Source: Candidatus Dojkabacteria bacterium
GTDB lineage: Bacteria; Patescibacteriota; Dojkabacteria; SC72
Assembly (NCBI GenBank): GCA_016182915.1
Contig: JACPFP010000003.1
Coordinates: forward strand, 86,788-150,787
Length of the DNA: 64,000 bases
Direction: 5' to 3'
Shown here: piece after piece, positions 39,554 to 50,038 of the stretch
Layout: the number at the start of each line of letters is the position of its first letter
Position numbering within the stretch: position 1 is the first letter of the stretch
Notes under the pieces: model-generated
Seen by the model: only the letters and a program-made list of their open reading frames with translations
Database searches by the model: none
What the model was told of the DNA's origin: nothing
Made by a program: the position numbers and the translations under genes

Positions 39554-40718
39554 ATCTCTTTATCTGAATTGAATTTGTAAACCTCTTCATAACAAGTGAT
39601 CGTCCATTTTCCGATAGTTTCTCCCGTATCTGTGGATTTTCCAGAAGGTACTTAATATGGCTAGCTAATTCATCAATATTATCAATTTCAAAAAGTAGCC
39701 CGTTTTCACCATGAATTAAATACTCAGGAATTCCCCCTACCCTAGATGCAATTACGGGAACTCCCCTTGCCATTGCCTCTAAATTCACGATACCAAAGGA
39801 CTCCTCTCTTGATGGTGATACAAGAGCAATAGCCCTGTTCATATATTCGAAAACCGACGAGGTAGTGCCTTTACCTACAAATTTGATGGTGCTACTGTCT
39901 TTAGCAATATCTTCAAGCCTGTCACTCTCACTACCATCTCCAACAATATAAAGTGGTGGGAGATTACTGATTTCGCCTGTCAGCTTTATATATGCATTAA
40001 TCAGGATATCAACACCTTTCTTCTCTACAAGTCTCCCTACATAGAGTAGATACTCTTTTTTCAAGTTCGAAGTTTCTCTCAAAAAAATATCGTCCACTGC
40101 ATTATTGATAATTCTAACCTTACCTTCTACGATACTAACCTTTGTAACGGCCTTAAACTGTTCATATAGGGTATTTGAGACAAAGACAACAGTATCAGAT
40201 GCCTGAGTTGTCTTAATAACGGTGTTTCTATGTAGTTTTGACTTAACCATAAACCTATTAATATCACTACCGTGCATAGATATAACTAATTTACATCGAG
40301 GGAGAACTTTCTTTGCAATGTAGGCATAAACAGTTGAATTATCTGCAAAATGTAGGTTTATAACATCAGGTTTGAAAAGAAATAGATGAAAAAGAAAATG
40401 TATAAGTGTAAATGGGAAAAGGAAAAAGGTCAGAATGTTCCTGAGAGTTGAGATGCCGAAAAATATGAAGTATGTCTCCACTACCTTATAGCCATTCTGT
40501 ATATACCCAATACCAAGCAGCGCCCTTAGGTGGTTAATGACGGATTGCGTAAGAAATTCCCCAACTGAAGAAAGTCCTGGTTTAGATGTTCTATAGACGT
40601 TAGTAAGGACCCTAATCTCAAACTTCTCTGAAAGTCCGGAAGCAATTTGATTAACCACGAACTCCACCCCGCCAATCGATGGAGATATTCTAGAGGAGAT
40701 AATTAGAAGTTTCTTCAT
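39534..40718 (-). CDS. GT4-family glycosyltransferase
   Basis: EESFGIVNLEAMARGVPVIASRVGGIPE EX7E motif. Confidence 0.8.
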   Translation of the reverse strand: MKKLLIISSRISPSIGGVEFVVNQIASGLSEKFEIRVLTNVYRTSKPGLSSVGEFLTQSVINHLRALLGIGYIQNGYKVVETYFIFFGISTLRNILTFFLFPFTLIHFLFHLFLFKPDVINLHFADNSTVYAYIAKKVLPRCKLVISMHGSDINRFMVKSKLHRNTVIKTTQASDTVVFVSNTLYEQFKAVTKVSIVEGKVRIINNAVDDIFLRETSNLKKEYLLYVGRLVEKKGVDILINAYIKLTGEISNLPPLYIVGDGSESDRLEDIAKDSSTIKFVGKGTTSSVFEYMNRAIALVSPSREESFGIVNLEAMARGVPVIASRVGGIPEYLIHGENGLLFEIDNIDELASHIKYLLENPQIREKLSENGRSLVMKRFTNSIQIKRYEEVYS

Positions 40719-40726
40719 ATTTTCAA

Positions 40727-43585
40727 TTACCAGTTTTCTGTATCCATAAATTGTAACTCAGAAGGGTTAGGGGTACTCCCACTTCTTATCCAACTTCTCC
40801 AAGAAGTTCCTCCATTATCACTATATCTTACCCAAATACCGTTATCTAAACCAACAACCGCCATTGTGATCCGATTAAATTGGTCATTGTAAACCAGTTT
40901 TATAGGTTGTTTGGTTTGCCCGCCTTTAATCCATGAGCTCCATGTTGATCCAAGGTTGGTGCTATATCTTGTTTGAATCATTGAATTTGAATCTGTAGCA
41001 CTTTGAACAAGACGGGAACCTGTGTACACAACGGATACGTCACCATATGTTACGGCATCAGAAGTCCATGAGCTCCACGACCCACCTCCATTTGTAGAGT
41101 ATCTTGAATATATACGATTGTTTCCTCCTCTAACATATAGAATCACTCTAGAACTTGCTGTAACTAACGTCACATTACCTGGGGTAGATCCGCCTCCAGA
41201 CCAACTACTCCATGTATTTCCCTTATCAGAGCTATATCTTGTGTAGATAACGCCATTTAATCCTCTAACTGCCTGCACAACCCTACTTGTTCCAGGGTGA
41301 TACACCATAGAAATCAAGCCCTTGGTTGCACCACTTTTACTCCACCCTCCCCATGTAACCCCGCCATTACTACTAACCCTAGTATAGATAGCATTATCTG
41401 TACCTCTTATTGCCAATACTATTTTATCCCCGGTATCAACGAGGGTAGCGGACGAAACAGTATTTCCAAGTTTAGTCCAACTTCCCCAACTACTTCCAAA
41501 ATTTGTAGAGGTTCTCACATACAACCCATTCGCCCCATTCCTTCTTGCCTGCAAAAGTCTTCCGCTTGATGCGTTATATATAAGTGAAGGCGTAGAAACA
41601 ACACTTACAGGAGTTAAAAGCCAAGCGCTCCATGTTTTTCCATGATCATCTGAATATCGATCAAATAGCTGATTATTCATACCTCTAACGCTCTGATAAA
41701 GACGTCCTTTCTGTGTCAAATCACGATTTGAAGAATCAACTCCTCTAACTGCATTGTAGGCATTAAGTATCCCATATCCAATTGCAGAACTGAACTCTGA
41801 AGATTGAGTTTGAACTGCACTCATCTTTAAAACATATCGAACTTGCTCATTGGTCCATGCAGGACGCATTGTCCAAACTAGAGCCGCAACGGCAGCAACC
41901 TGTGGAGAAGCAAATGATGTTCCAGCTGTTAAACCATTTGAAAATTGAGTAAACTGAGATGTAGCATCGGGTCTTGGATTAGATGTTAAACATGGGTTGG
42001 CATAGGAATTGCTTGCAAAGTAACAGGTGTAGGATTGTATAGGAATACCGCCACTTACAGGAGCTACAAGTTCAAGTGAAGTTCCATAGCTAGAATATGA
42101 GGCTCGCGTACCATTCATACTCGAAGCTCCAACTGCCATAACGTTTGTATAGCCAGCAGGGAAATCAACAGTACTAGAATTCCTATTCCCAGAAGCTGCT
42201 ACAAGAAGAACATTATCTTCCTCATATGCCCTCTCCATTGCAAGCTGTTCGTATGGATCTGGAAGCGTACCTCCAAAGCTCATATTTATAATCTTTGCTC
42301 CTGCGGAGACAGCGTACTCAATTGCTCGTGCTACAAATTCTGAAGATCCTGAGCTTGAACCATTCTGCCAGGATCCAGCGGTGGAATTATATACATACTG
42401 GAAAATACTAATAGGAAGAATGGTTACATTTGGTGCAATTCCCGCCCCTGCAATTGAGTTCCCAACTGCTCCCGCTATCACTCCCGCCACGGCTGTTCCA
42501 TGCCCCATTATATCGTTTGGGTGACCCATCTCAGTAATATCACATCCAAAATGGTTGCTTCCACTATCAGTCACGGTTTCACATACCCTCTGTGGTACAC
42601 ATTTATATGTTGTATAGGGTGCATTAGAACAGTTGGATGCACTACTAACATTTAATGGATTCCAATAGTTATTAAAATCCACAATGTTTAGTCCATTCAC
42701 ATCATCAACATAGCTCTTTGTCCTTTCGGATGGGGATTCACACTGACCATTACCATTAGCGTCTAGACAGTACAGTGTCCCTGAAGGGGCATTAAATGCA
42801 TCTTCAATTGCGCCATTACTGTCGTCATCTAAGTCATTGCTTGCGATTTCCCCTGCGTTCACGTAGGTATTTAGTGGATTATCTGTACTTTCGGTAAAGC
42901 CCCAATCTCCTCCGGTATATGGGTATTTATTTATGGCCTCATAAGCGAGCCCTGTATCAATAACTGCAACAATAATAGAGTTGTCACCCTGCCAGTTCTT
43001 TCCTTGAGCATCCAGATACTGCCAAGCTCTCATAATATCGATACCGTAGCTTCCTGAAGCAGGCCTATTTAAGTACCACTGGTATGAACTGGAGTATGTT
43101 CCTGCAGACGGATACATAGGGTCATTTGGGACTGAAACAGCTGATGTTTCCCTTTTAACAACCTGTGTTATAGCAAGAACATCGGGATTACTTTCAAGTT
43201 CATTAAGTACCTTATCTACATCATCACTCCCACCAATAGTTATTGGAACGGCAATGGCTTCCCCATATTCACCGCCTACATTGAATGACTGAGTATTTCT
43301 CAAAGCAGTAGCAACATTATCCTTACTTCCTTTCTTAAAGAAAACAGTATAGCGATTAGGTACAACATCGTCTCCACTTGAGAAAATTGTAGTGTTTAAA
43401 GATACTTTACGGCCATTTCTAATATCTTCAGCAATATTTACAACTCTCTTTTGAGGAAAAACAGCCTTACTACTTAAAAGATCGGATGAGGCAGAAAGAG
43501 CAGGTGATAGCGATAGGAAGGAGAAAAGTTGAAGTGTTAATATGAAAACTGAAAATATTTTTCTATATCTAAATGATTTTGACAT
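40727..43585 (-). CDS. Secreted subtilisin-like (S8) serine protease with seven C-terminal BNR/Asp-box repeats
   Basis: D-H-S triad contexts VAVIDTGLAY / HGTAVAG / GTSFASPQVAA; seven S-x-D-x-G-x-T-W repeats in the C-terminal 350 aa. Confidence 0.8.
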   Translation of the reverse strand: MSKSFRYRKIFSVFILTLQLFSFLSLSPALSASSDLLSSKAVFPQKRVVNIAEDIRNGRKVSLNTTIFSSGDDVVPNRYTVFFKKGSKDNVATALRNTQSFNVGGEYGEAIAVPITIGGSDDVDKVLNELESNPDVLAITQVVKRETSAVSVPNDPMYPSAGTYSSSYQWYLNRPASGSYGIDIMRAWQYLDAQGKNWQGDNSIIVAVIDTGLAYEAINKYPYTGGDWGFTESTDNPLNTYVNAGEIASNDLDDDSNGAIEDAFNAPSGTLYCLDANGNGQCESPSERTKSYVDDVNGLNIVDFNNYWNPLNVSSASNCSNAPYTTYKCVPQRVCETVTDSGSNHFGCDITEMGHPNDIMGHGTAVAGVIAGAVGNSIAGAGIAPNVTILPISIFQYVYNSTAGSWQNGSSSGSSEFVARAIEYAVSAGAKIINMSFGGTLPDPYEQLAMERAYEEDNVLLVAASGNRNSSTVDFPAGYTNVMAVGASSMNGTRASYSSYGTSLELVAPVSGGIPIQSYTCYFASNSYANPCLTSNPRPDATSQFTQFSNGLTAGTSFASPQVAAVAALVWTMRPAWTNEQVRYVLKMSAVQTQSSEFSSAIGYGILNAYNAVRGVDSSNRDLTQKGRLYQSVRGMNNQLFDRYSDDHGKTWSAWLLTPVSVVSTPSLIYNASSGRLLQARRNGANGLYVRTSTNFGSSWGSWTKLGNTVSSATLVDTGDKIVLAIRGTDNAIYTRVSSNGGVTWGGWSKSGATKGLISMVYHPGTSRVVQAVRGLNGVIYTRYSSDKGNTWSSWSGGGSTPGNVTLVTASSRVILYVRGGNNRIYSRYSTNGGGSWSSWTSDAVTYGDVSVVYTGSRLVQSATDSNSMIQTRYSTNLGSTWSSWIKGGQTKQPIKLVYNDQFNRITMAVVGLDNGIWVRYSDNGGTSWRSWIRSGSTPNPSELQFMDTENW

Positions 43586-43591
43586 TAATAC

Positions 43592-45271
43592 TTATGGTAA
43601 TATTATATCTCTTTCTGGATTCACATTCTCAAACTCAGCAACAACAACTTCAAAGTATTTTTTTGCATTCTGAATACTTGTCATCGTAATACCACTTCTA
43701 GGAATTACCTTCCATGCATTATTCCCGATTTCAGATATAACATCAAGTTTAAGCTCTGAAATTATCTGTAGGGCACGGGATTCGGATGTACTCATTGAGA
43801 ACGCTAAAATATATGGACCCCTCTGGAATTTATCTCTAAGGGTATTCCAAAGATCATTACTTCCGGCATCATAGCCTAAAGCCCAAATCCCTATTCCTCC
43901 AAGTTTTGCACTTCTTACATAATCATACTTTGCACCAAGACTCCTTGGATCATCATAGTATCCATGTCTCCATTTACCTCCATAAAGGTAGACATACCAG
44001 GTAGCTTTCTCACTATTATTCCATTTTATAGAGTTACTGTTGTGATATACGTCAAACTCAGGATCCACAATACTACCGTACGTCTCAATAATTCCCTTAC
44101 AACCGGAATAATATAAAATTCTTGCGTTATACAAATCTTTATCGCTTGTCCTTACCTCAAAATCTATGCCATAGTATGGGATACCCTGGAGTATCTTCTT
44201 ACTTGGGGCCTGTTTAGCAGCTTCTGCAAGGTGATATGAGACATTCCAGTTCGTAGCAATTGCAGCATTTCCATACAATGGTGACATTGGAAATATTCGC
44301 TTACCGTCATAGCAAGATGTAGTAATATAATCATAGTTCATAAACATGATGTAATCGATTGAAGTAGCTCCCAGTCCTGCAATATCGTATGCTGAGTATC
44401 CTGCTGCGGAAGAGCCAAAAACATCCGTGCTTACTATAGAGCCGGGGAACTCAGTATGCATCCTATCCGCCAATTTATCATGCCACTTAACAAAATTAGA
44501 TCTTAAGGTTGTGGTAACAGGGTAGTTACTATCTGGTATGTACTCAAAGTCAATATTTACGCCATCAAGGCCTTTCGAACGGACAGCGTTTACAATGTTT
44601 GTAATCAACTTATCCCCTGCTCCTCCAGTGTTGGCCACAAGATCTCGGATGCTTCTATTATGAAAATTCTTTACAACAAGGATTACCTTTGCATTTTTCT
44701 GATGTGCAAGTGTTACCATGTTCGTAAAATTTCCAGAGTGAAAACCTGAATAACCCGAATCATTTGTTACCCACTCCCCGTTGTCATAGCAGGTAAGGGC
44801 AAAATATGCCACAGAGGTAAGCTTGTCATATTGCATTGTACTGTACCTAGAGAGCTGCCAGTATGGCAAAAAACCCATAACTTCCTTATCGCTATTAGAA
44901 TTTGCGTACATCAGTTGTCTATCTTCAACACTCAAAGACCTTGTATTACTCACTTCACTCCCACTCTCTTCCCATTTATAACTGCCTTTTGAATACCTCT
45001 CCTCTTCAATCATATGGATTGTTTTAGGTGAGTCTACCTTTTTTACAACCTCTGTTTTGACTATCTCCTCTATCTTTCTATCTATACCTTCCAAAGAGAC
45101 TGATGTCTCACCCAAGATCTCCCCACTATCTACAGTGTCACTATCGACTCTATTATAGGTGTTTAGAACAGAAAGACGGTTTGCCTTGGTTGAAAGGTTG
45201 GTAAATATAATCCCCAGAAAAAGTAGAGAAAAAATTACCCCAATTATGTATACTATCTTCATACGTTTCAT
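43592..45271 (-). CDS. GH18-family glycoside hydrolase (chitinase/ENGase-like)
   Basis: GLDGVNIDFEY catalytic DxxDxDxE motif; N-terminal TM/signal. Confidence 0.75.
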   Translation of the reverse strand: MKRMKIVYIIGVIFSLLFLGIIFTNLSTKANRLSVLNTYNRVDSDTVDSGEILGETSVSLEGIDRKIEEIVKTEVVKKVDSPKTIHMIEEERYSKGSYKWEESGSEVSNTRSLSVEDRQLMYANSNSDKEVMGFLPYWQLSRYSTMQYDKLTSVAYFALTCYDNGEWVTNDSGYSGFHSGNFTNMVTLAHQKNAKVILVVKNFHNRSIRDLVANTGGAGDKLITNIVNAVRSKGLDGVNIDFEYIPDSNYPVTTTLRSNFVKWHDKLADRMHTEFPGSIVSTDVFGSSAAGYSAYDIAGLGATSIDYIMFMNYDYITTSCYDGKRIFPMSPLYGNAAIATNWNVSYHLAEAAKQAPSKKILQGIPYYGIDFEVRTSDKDLYNARILYYSGCKGIIETYGSIVDPEFDVYHNSNSIKWNNSEKATWYVYLYGGKWRHGYYDDPRSLGAKYDYVRSAKLGGIGIWALGYDAGSNDLWNTLRDKFQRGPYILAFSMSTSESRALQIISELKLDVISEIGNNAWKVIPRSGITMTSIQNAKKYFEVVVAEFENVNPERDIILP

Positions 45272-45294
45272 TCTAACTTAATAGTACCAACTCA

Positions 45295-46071
45295 ATGACT
45301 CTATTACAAACCGTTGTGCTTGCTGTTGTACAAGGAATTACAGAATTACTACCGGTATCAAGTTCTGGGCACCTCATTCTAACCTCTAAACTCCTTAGCA
45401 TTGACTCTATTTCAACTTTTACACTCACCTCTCTTCACTTGGGAACAACAATTGCAATAATTCTTTTTAACTGGAAGTTCCTCTTCACGAATATAAATTC
45501 AAAGATAAAGTTGTATAGCTATATTGTCGTGGCAACTATCCCTGCAGCGATTATTGGAGTTCTTTTTGGTGATGTAATAGAAGGATACTTAAGAGGAACT
45601 TTTGTTGTAGCAACAATGTTAATAGTAGTAGGTGCAATTATGCTCTACGTAGATAGAAAGTTCGTAAAGGTAGGAGTAAAAGAGGAAGTTAAGTTAGAGG
45701 ATATAACTTTTAAACAGACTCTTGTAGAAGGTTTGGCTCAGTCCATAGCATTAGTTCCTGGGGTTTCAAGATCAGGAATTACGACTATTGCAGGTATGTT
45801 TTCGGGGATTTCGCAGTATACAGCGATTCGTTTAAGTTTCATACTTGGTATTCCAATTCTCGTTGGATCATTCACATATGAGATGTTTAAGACCGAAAAT
45901 AGCTTAAATCTTTTAACCCAAACAAATAGCTTAGTTGCAATTATCATAACCTTTGTAGCCGGTTATATGTCTCTCTGGTTCCTTGATAAGATGTCTAAAA
46001 CAAGATTCCTAAGGTATTTTGGTATATATAGAATAGTGGTGGGAGTTTTGATATTAATTTTATTCATTTAA
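45295..46071 (+). CDS. uppP: Undecaprenyl-diphosphatase
   Basis: ELLPVSSSGH N-terminal motif and SRSG motif. Confidence 0.9.
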   Translation: MTLLQTVVLAVVQGITELLPVSSSGHLILTSKLLSIDSISTFTLTSLHLGTTIAIILFNWKFLFTNINSKIKLYSYIVVATIPAAIIGVLFGDVIEGYLRGTFVVATMLIVVGAIMLYVDRKFVKVGVKEEVKLEDITFKQTLVEGLAQSIALVPGVSRSGITTIAGMFSGISQYTAIRLSFILGIPILVGSFTYEMFKTENSLNLLTQTNSLVAIIITFVAGYMSLWFLDKMSKTRFLRYFGIYRIVVGVLILILFI

Positions 46072-46076
46072 TACAT

Positions 46077-46385
46077 ATGGGATACATGGTCGAGTTAAAT
46101 ACACTACTTGGATTACCCAACGAGTTCGAGACAAAATCTCTCGCAGTGGGAAAACAGTACAATATTGTTAAGAGCCGAGAGAGAGCATTTCCACTACATA
46201 TAGCAGTTTTAATGGTTGATACAGATTGGAATTTTTATGGGTATGCAGTAGTACATTCAGCAGTAGTAAAGGACCTGAAGACTGAGTTTACATTTGAAGT
46301 AATAAGCCTCTTTGAAGCTAATGTAAGAGAGCTATATAAACAGAACTTTATATTTGCTGCTAAAAAGACGGGGGAAGTTAAATAA
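46077..46385 (+). CDS. hypothetical protein
   Basis: 102-aa ORF. Confidence 0.35.
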   Translation: MGYMVELNTLLGLPNEFETKSLAVGKQYNIVKSRERAFPLHIAVLMVDTDWNFYGYAVVHSAVVKDLKTEFTFEVISLFEANVRELYKQNFIFAAKKTGEVK

Positions 46386-46401
46386 CACTTATAGTATATA
46401 T

Positions 46402-47238
46402 ATGAAGAAAAGTAGGAATTATAAGGCGTATTTAGTCATTTTAATAGTTGTAATACCTCTGCTCTTTTTACTTTATCTAGGTTCTAAATATATATATAGT
46501 CAGTTTGTAACTAGATACTCATCAGACCCTCTTAACAATCTTCCTGGAGAAGTTATTGCAAAAAATGTAAAACAATATGCAGTTACTAAGTCTGGAAAAA
46601 CAGTTTTTTATTTAACGGAAGAGAAGAAGGATGACAGTTACTACTCCAATATCAATATCTACATGATTGAGAGCGGGATATATGATATCACTGTCAAAAT
46701 AGATACAGTTCGCATAGGTGGGGGATACTCGAATTCCAAGGCTCACATAATACCAGAGGAGGATAATTTGATGTTGTATATCGAGGGCTACGCACCCCCA
46801 GGGAGTAATCATAGTAGTAATCTTTGCAGAGAATATAATCTTAAAATTTCTCGCTTTGAGAAGAAAGAAAGTCTCTCTAATACAGGCAAAAGTACATATC
46901 TAGAATGTAAAGAGGCATTTATAGGTAAATTCCCTGGTCTCATAAATCCCTTATACTCCACAGATATAAATTTCGATAGTACTTTTGAAATCGAATATCC
47001 AACATCTATAGATTTTAAAGAGTTTGATGGGGCTTTGAAGTCTGAAACCTATCTATACATCCCTGATTCCTCTTACCAGAAAACTATTTTAAAGCTTGGA
47101 GATAAGACATATAGTGCAGGAGGAGGATTCTCAATTAGTTCAAATGGCTATTTTCTTGATAATGAAAGGAACCTTTATGTCAAAATTGGCTCAGATCTAC
47201 ATAGAATTTCGGTAGGGAAACAAATAGTGTTTCGGTGA
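46402..47238 (+). CDS. hypothetical secreted protein (start moved to internal Met after upstream stop)
   Basis: N-terminal signal/TM helix. Confidence 0.4.
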   Translation: MKKSRNYKAYLVILIVVIPLLFLLYLGSKYIYSQFVTRYSSDPLNNLPGEVIAKNVKQYAVTKSGKTVFYLTEEKKDDSYYSNINIYMIESGIYDITVKIDTVRIGGGYSNSKAHIIPEEDNLMLYIEGYAPPGSNHSSNLCREYNLKISRFEKKESLSNTGKSTYLECKEAFIGKFPGLINPLYSTDINFDSTFEIEYPTSIDFKEFDGALKSETYLYIPDSSYQKTILKLGDKTYSAGGGFSISSNGYFLDNERNLYVKIGSDLHRISVGKQIVFR

Positions 47239-47279
47239 TATAATTGGATACTGCCTACTAATCTTGAATATGAGGATGT

Positions 47280-48341
47280 ATGCCGGATGCAGATGTCGAC
47301 TTAAATAATCCAAGAGAAGTAGCAGATTTTCTATTTCCTGGAGAAGGAGATATAGGGGAAATTTTCAATTGGATAGATTCTCTCACAAGAAACGACCTGA
47401 TAGATGCCAAACCTCAATTCCCACATGACAAAGGCCACATTGAGATGGTAAAGATGTCTCTTGAAATTATGGCAAACGCATGTGGACTCACAGACCTTGA
47501 GCTACAAAACCTTAAACTAGCGGCTGACTTGCATGATATTTCATATGGTTTAGTAGAGGCTGGACTTGTTCCTTACGAACATCACAATATTGCATCAATG
47601 ATAATTGCGTATATGAGAACTGGAAACCTGGATGTTGCAAATATGGTTTTTTATCATAATAGTGACAAAACGGGTCTGCTACTTAACTCACTGAAGGAAT
47701 TTGAAGATAAAAGTAAATCACTCTTACCAGTACTATTACGAGATGCCGACCAGATAGCGCTTCTTTCTGATTCAGGACTAATCAGGTGGGCATACTGGTT
47801 AGGCTATAGGCATCCAGATATGGACAAAACATTTCCAGAACAGAAAGAAAGCGGGACCCTTTTCGATCTAAAAAATGATCTAACTCTTAATGATGGAACC
47901 TATGAGGAAAAAGTAAGAGAAACGGTTATGAAAAGTGTAATTCCTTGGATAGTTCAGAATGCTCCAGATAGTATAAAAACTCTTTGCCAAGATTATTTCC
48001 CCCAGAATAGGAACAGATTCTTTTCCCATATCGATGTGTACAAGGCCTACTTACGAGACCTAAAACAAAACGAAAATCTTTATCAAATGGCCTTGAAAGG
48101 TCACTACAGTATTGTTGATTTTGAGAAAAGGAGTACAGAGGCAGACATTTATACGATAGAAGGGATGAGAGAGGAGTACCTCAATATTTTTCTACCCCTA
48201 ATTACGAGAGAGTTTACTCTAGAAAGTATTTTCGAAGAACTCTGGAGGATAAAGACACTCTGGACTAAAAATGAAACTGAATTTCAAAACCTTGCAATGA
48301 AGTATTTAGAGAATGGCTGCAGAATTATTGGACTTAAATAA
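47280..48341 (+). CDS. HD-domain phosphohydrolase-like protein
   Basis: H...LHD motif; unknown 200-aa C-terminal region. Confidence 0.5.
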   Translation: MPDADVDLNNPREVADFLFPGEGDIGEIFNWIDSLTRNDLIDAKPQFPHDKGHIEMVKMSLEIMANACGLTDLELQNLKLAADLHDISYGLVEAGLVPYEHHNIASMIIAYMRTGNLDVANMVFYHNSDKTGLLLNSLKEFEDKSKSLLPVLLRDADQIALLSDSGLIRWAYWLGYRHPDMDKTFPEQKESGTLFDLKNDLTLNDGTYEEKVRETVMKSVIPWIVQNAPDSIKTLCQDYFPQNRNRFFSHIDVYKAYLRDLKQNENLYQMALKGHYSIVDFEKRSTEADIYTIEGMREEYLNIFLPLITREFTLESIFEELWRIKTLWTKNETEFQNLAMKYLENGCRIIGLK

Positions 48342-49989
48342 CACTTAGTATATCTATTCCTGTCATTGTTTGCGGTTGCTCAACACCTAGGATATTTAGA
48401 ACAGTTGGAGCTACATCAGCAAGAATACCCGTTACATTTGCATTATCCCCTGTCCCTATCTTAATAAGCCGATTTGGATCAGCCTGCGTAAGCTCTTTAA
48501 TATCACTAAGAACTATAAATGGCACAGGATTATTAGTATGTGCAGTATCAACCCTTTTCGTGACTCTATCAATCATAGTCTCACAATTTCCGTGGTCCGC
48601 AAGCATAATTAATGCCCCGTTCTTCTCTAATACCTTAAATGCTATGTCCTTTGCACACTTATCTATAAACTCGTTCGCTACAATTGTCGCTTCTAAATTA
48701 CCCGTATGCCCTAACATATCAGGATTAGCAAAGTTTATAAGTATAAACGAGTATTTCTTTTTATTGAGATTATCTAATCTGTATAATACTTCATCCTTTA
48801 CAATCTCGGCACTCATCTTAGGAACCGTAGAGTAGTCGAAAACCTTTGGAGAGGGGATATTAAAGAAGTCTTCCCCTGGATGAGGCTTCTCAATACCACC
48901 ATTAAAGAAGTATGTGACATGCATGAACTTCTCCGTTTCACTAATATGAAGCTGATTCATACGATTCTCAGAAAGGGTTGCCGCAAGAGTTTCTGTTACC
49001 TTCTTTGGAGGAAATACAACATGTGTATTCAAATCCTCTGCGTATCCCGTCATAGTTGCAAAATATAGATTCTTTGGTTCATTAACCTTAGGAAATTTGT
49101 CAAAACCTTCCTTAATGAAGACTTTTGTAATCTGTCTCGCTCTGTCCTCACGAAAGTTATAGAAAAGGACGACATCGTTGTCTGCAATCGGAGCGACCGG
49201 ATTACCCTTGTCGTCAATCATAGTAGTTGGGATTACAATTTGATCGTTCTCCCCCTGTTTATAGCTCTCCTGAAGAAGAATATATGGATCCTTCGACTTC
49301 CTTTCACCTAGTCCAACCATAGCATTATAAGCACGCTGTGTTCTCTCCCATCTGTTGTCTCTATCCATACCGTAGAGCCTTCCCATGACGGATGCAAGTT
49401 TTCCTACACCTGTCTCTTTCATCTTCTGCATTAGTTTGCTCACATAGAAGTATCCATCTGTCATGCCTGTATCCCTTCCATCCAAAATTGCATGTATGTT
49501 AGGACTTATACCTTCATTTTTTGCCAAATCAATTAAATAGAAAAGGTGTTCTATATGACCATGTACCCCACCTGCACTTAAAATACCGAAGAAATGGAGC
49601 TTTGAGCCTCTTCTTTTGACTTCATCAAACATCTCTTTAATAACGGGGTTCTCATGAAGATCACCCGTTTGAATAGCATCATTAATTCTAGGGAGACTCT
49701 GATAGACCACCTGACCTGCACCCATATTTATATGCCCTACCTCACTATTCCCAGCTTCATCCTGGGGAAGTCCAACGTGTGTTCCTGAAGCATGAATTAG
49801 GGTTGAGCGCCCATATGTCCAAGCTGTATCCAAAAAAGGCGTCTTTGCCTGCAATACAGCATTACCCAATTTATCAGGATGAACTCCAAATCCATCCAGA
49901 ATCATTAAAACTACAAGATCTTTTTTAACACCCTGTAACCCAGTTTTATCTTCCTCTCCCTTTTTATTCTTGAAAAGCCAGCTAAACAT
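48334..49989 (-). CDS. gpmI: 2,3-bisphosphoglycerate-independent phosphoglycerate mutase
   Basis: Full-length iPGM (551 aa) with conserved metal-binding regions. Confidence 0.9.
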   Translation of the reverse strand: MFSWLFKNKKGEEDKTGLQGVKKDLVVLMILDGFGVHPDKLGNAVLQAKTPFLDTAWTYGRSTLIHASGTHVGLPQDEAGNSEVGHINMGAGQVVYQSLPRINDAIQTGDLHENPVIKEMFDEVKRRGSKLHFFGILSAGGVHGHIEHLFYLIDLAKNEGISPNIHAILDGRDTGMTDGYFYVSKLMQKMKETGVGKLASVMGRLYGMDRDNRWERTQRAYNAMVGLGERKSKDPYILLQESYKQGENDQIVIPTTMIDDKGNPVAPIADNDVVLFYNFREDRARQITKVFIKEGFDKFPKVNEPKNLYFATMTGYAEDLNTHVVFPPKKVTETLAATLSENRMNQLHISETEKFMHVTYFFNGGIEKPHPGEDFFNIPSPKVFDYSTVPKMSAEIVKDEVLYRLDNLNKKKYSFILINFANPDMLGHTGNLEATIVANEFIDKCAKDIAFKVLEKNGALIMLADHGNCETMIDRVTKRVDTAHTNNPVPFIVLSDIKELTQADPNRLIKIGTGDNANVTGILADVAPTVLNILGVEQPQTMTGIDILSVI

Positions 49990-50038
49990 GAGATAATGGC
50001 AGTATCTGTAACTTAATGTTTTCTAATAATACAATAAT

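Noticed and set aside
46354-46401. Upstream extension of the secreted hypothetical (tracked start 46354)
   Set aside because: It overlaps the preceding ORF's 3' end. The internal Met at 46402 lies just after that stop and begins a signal-peptide-like N-terminus.
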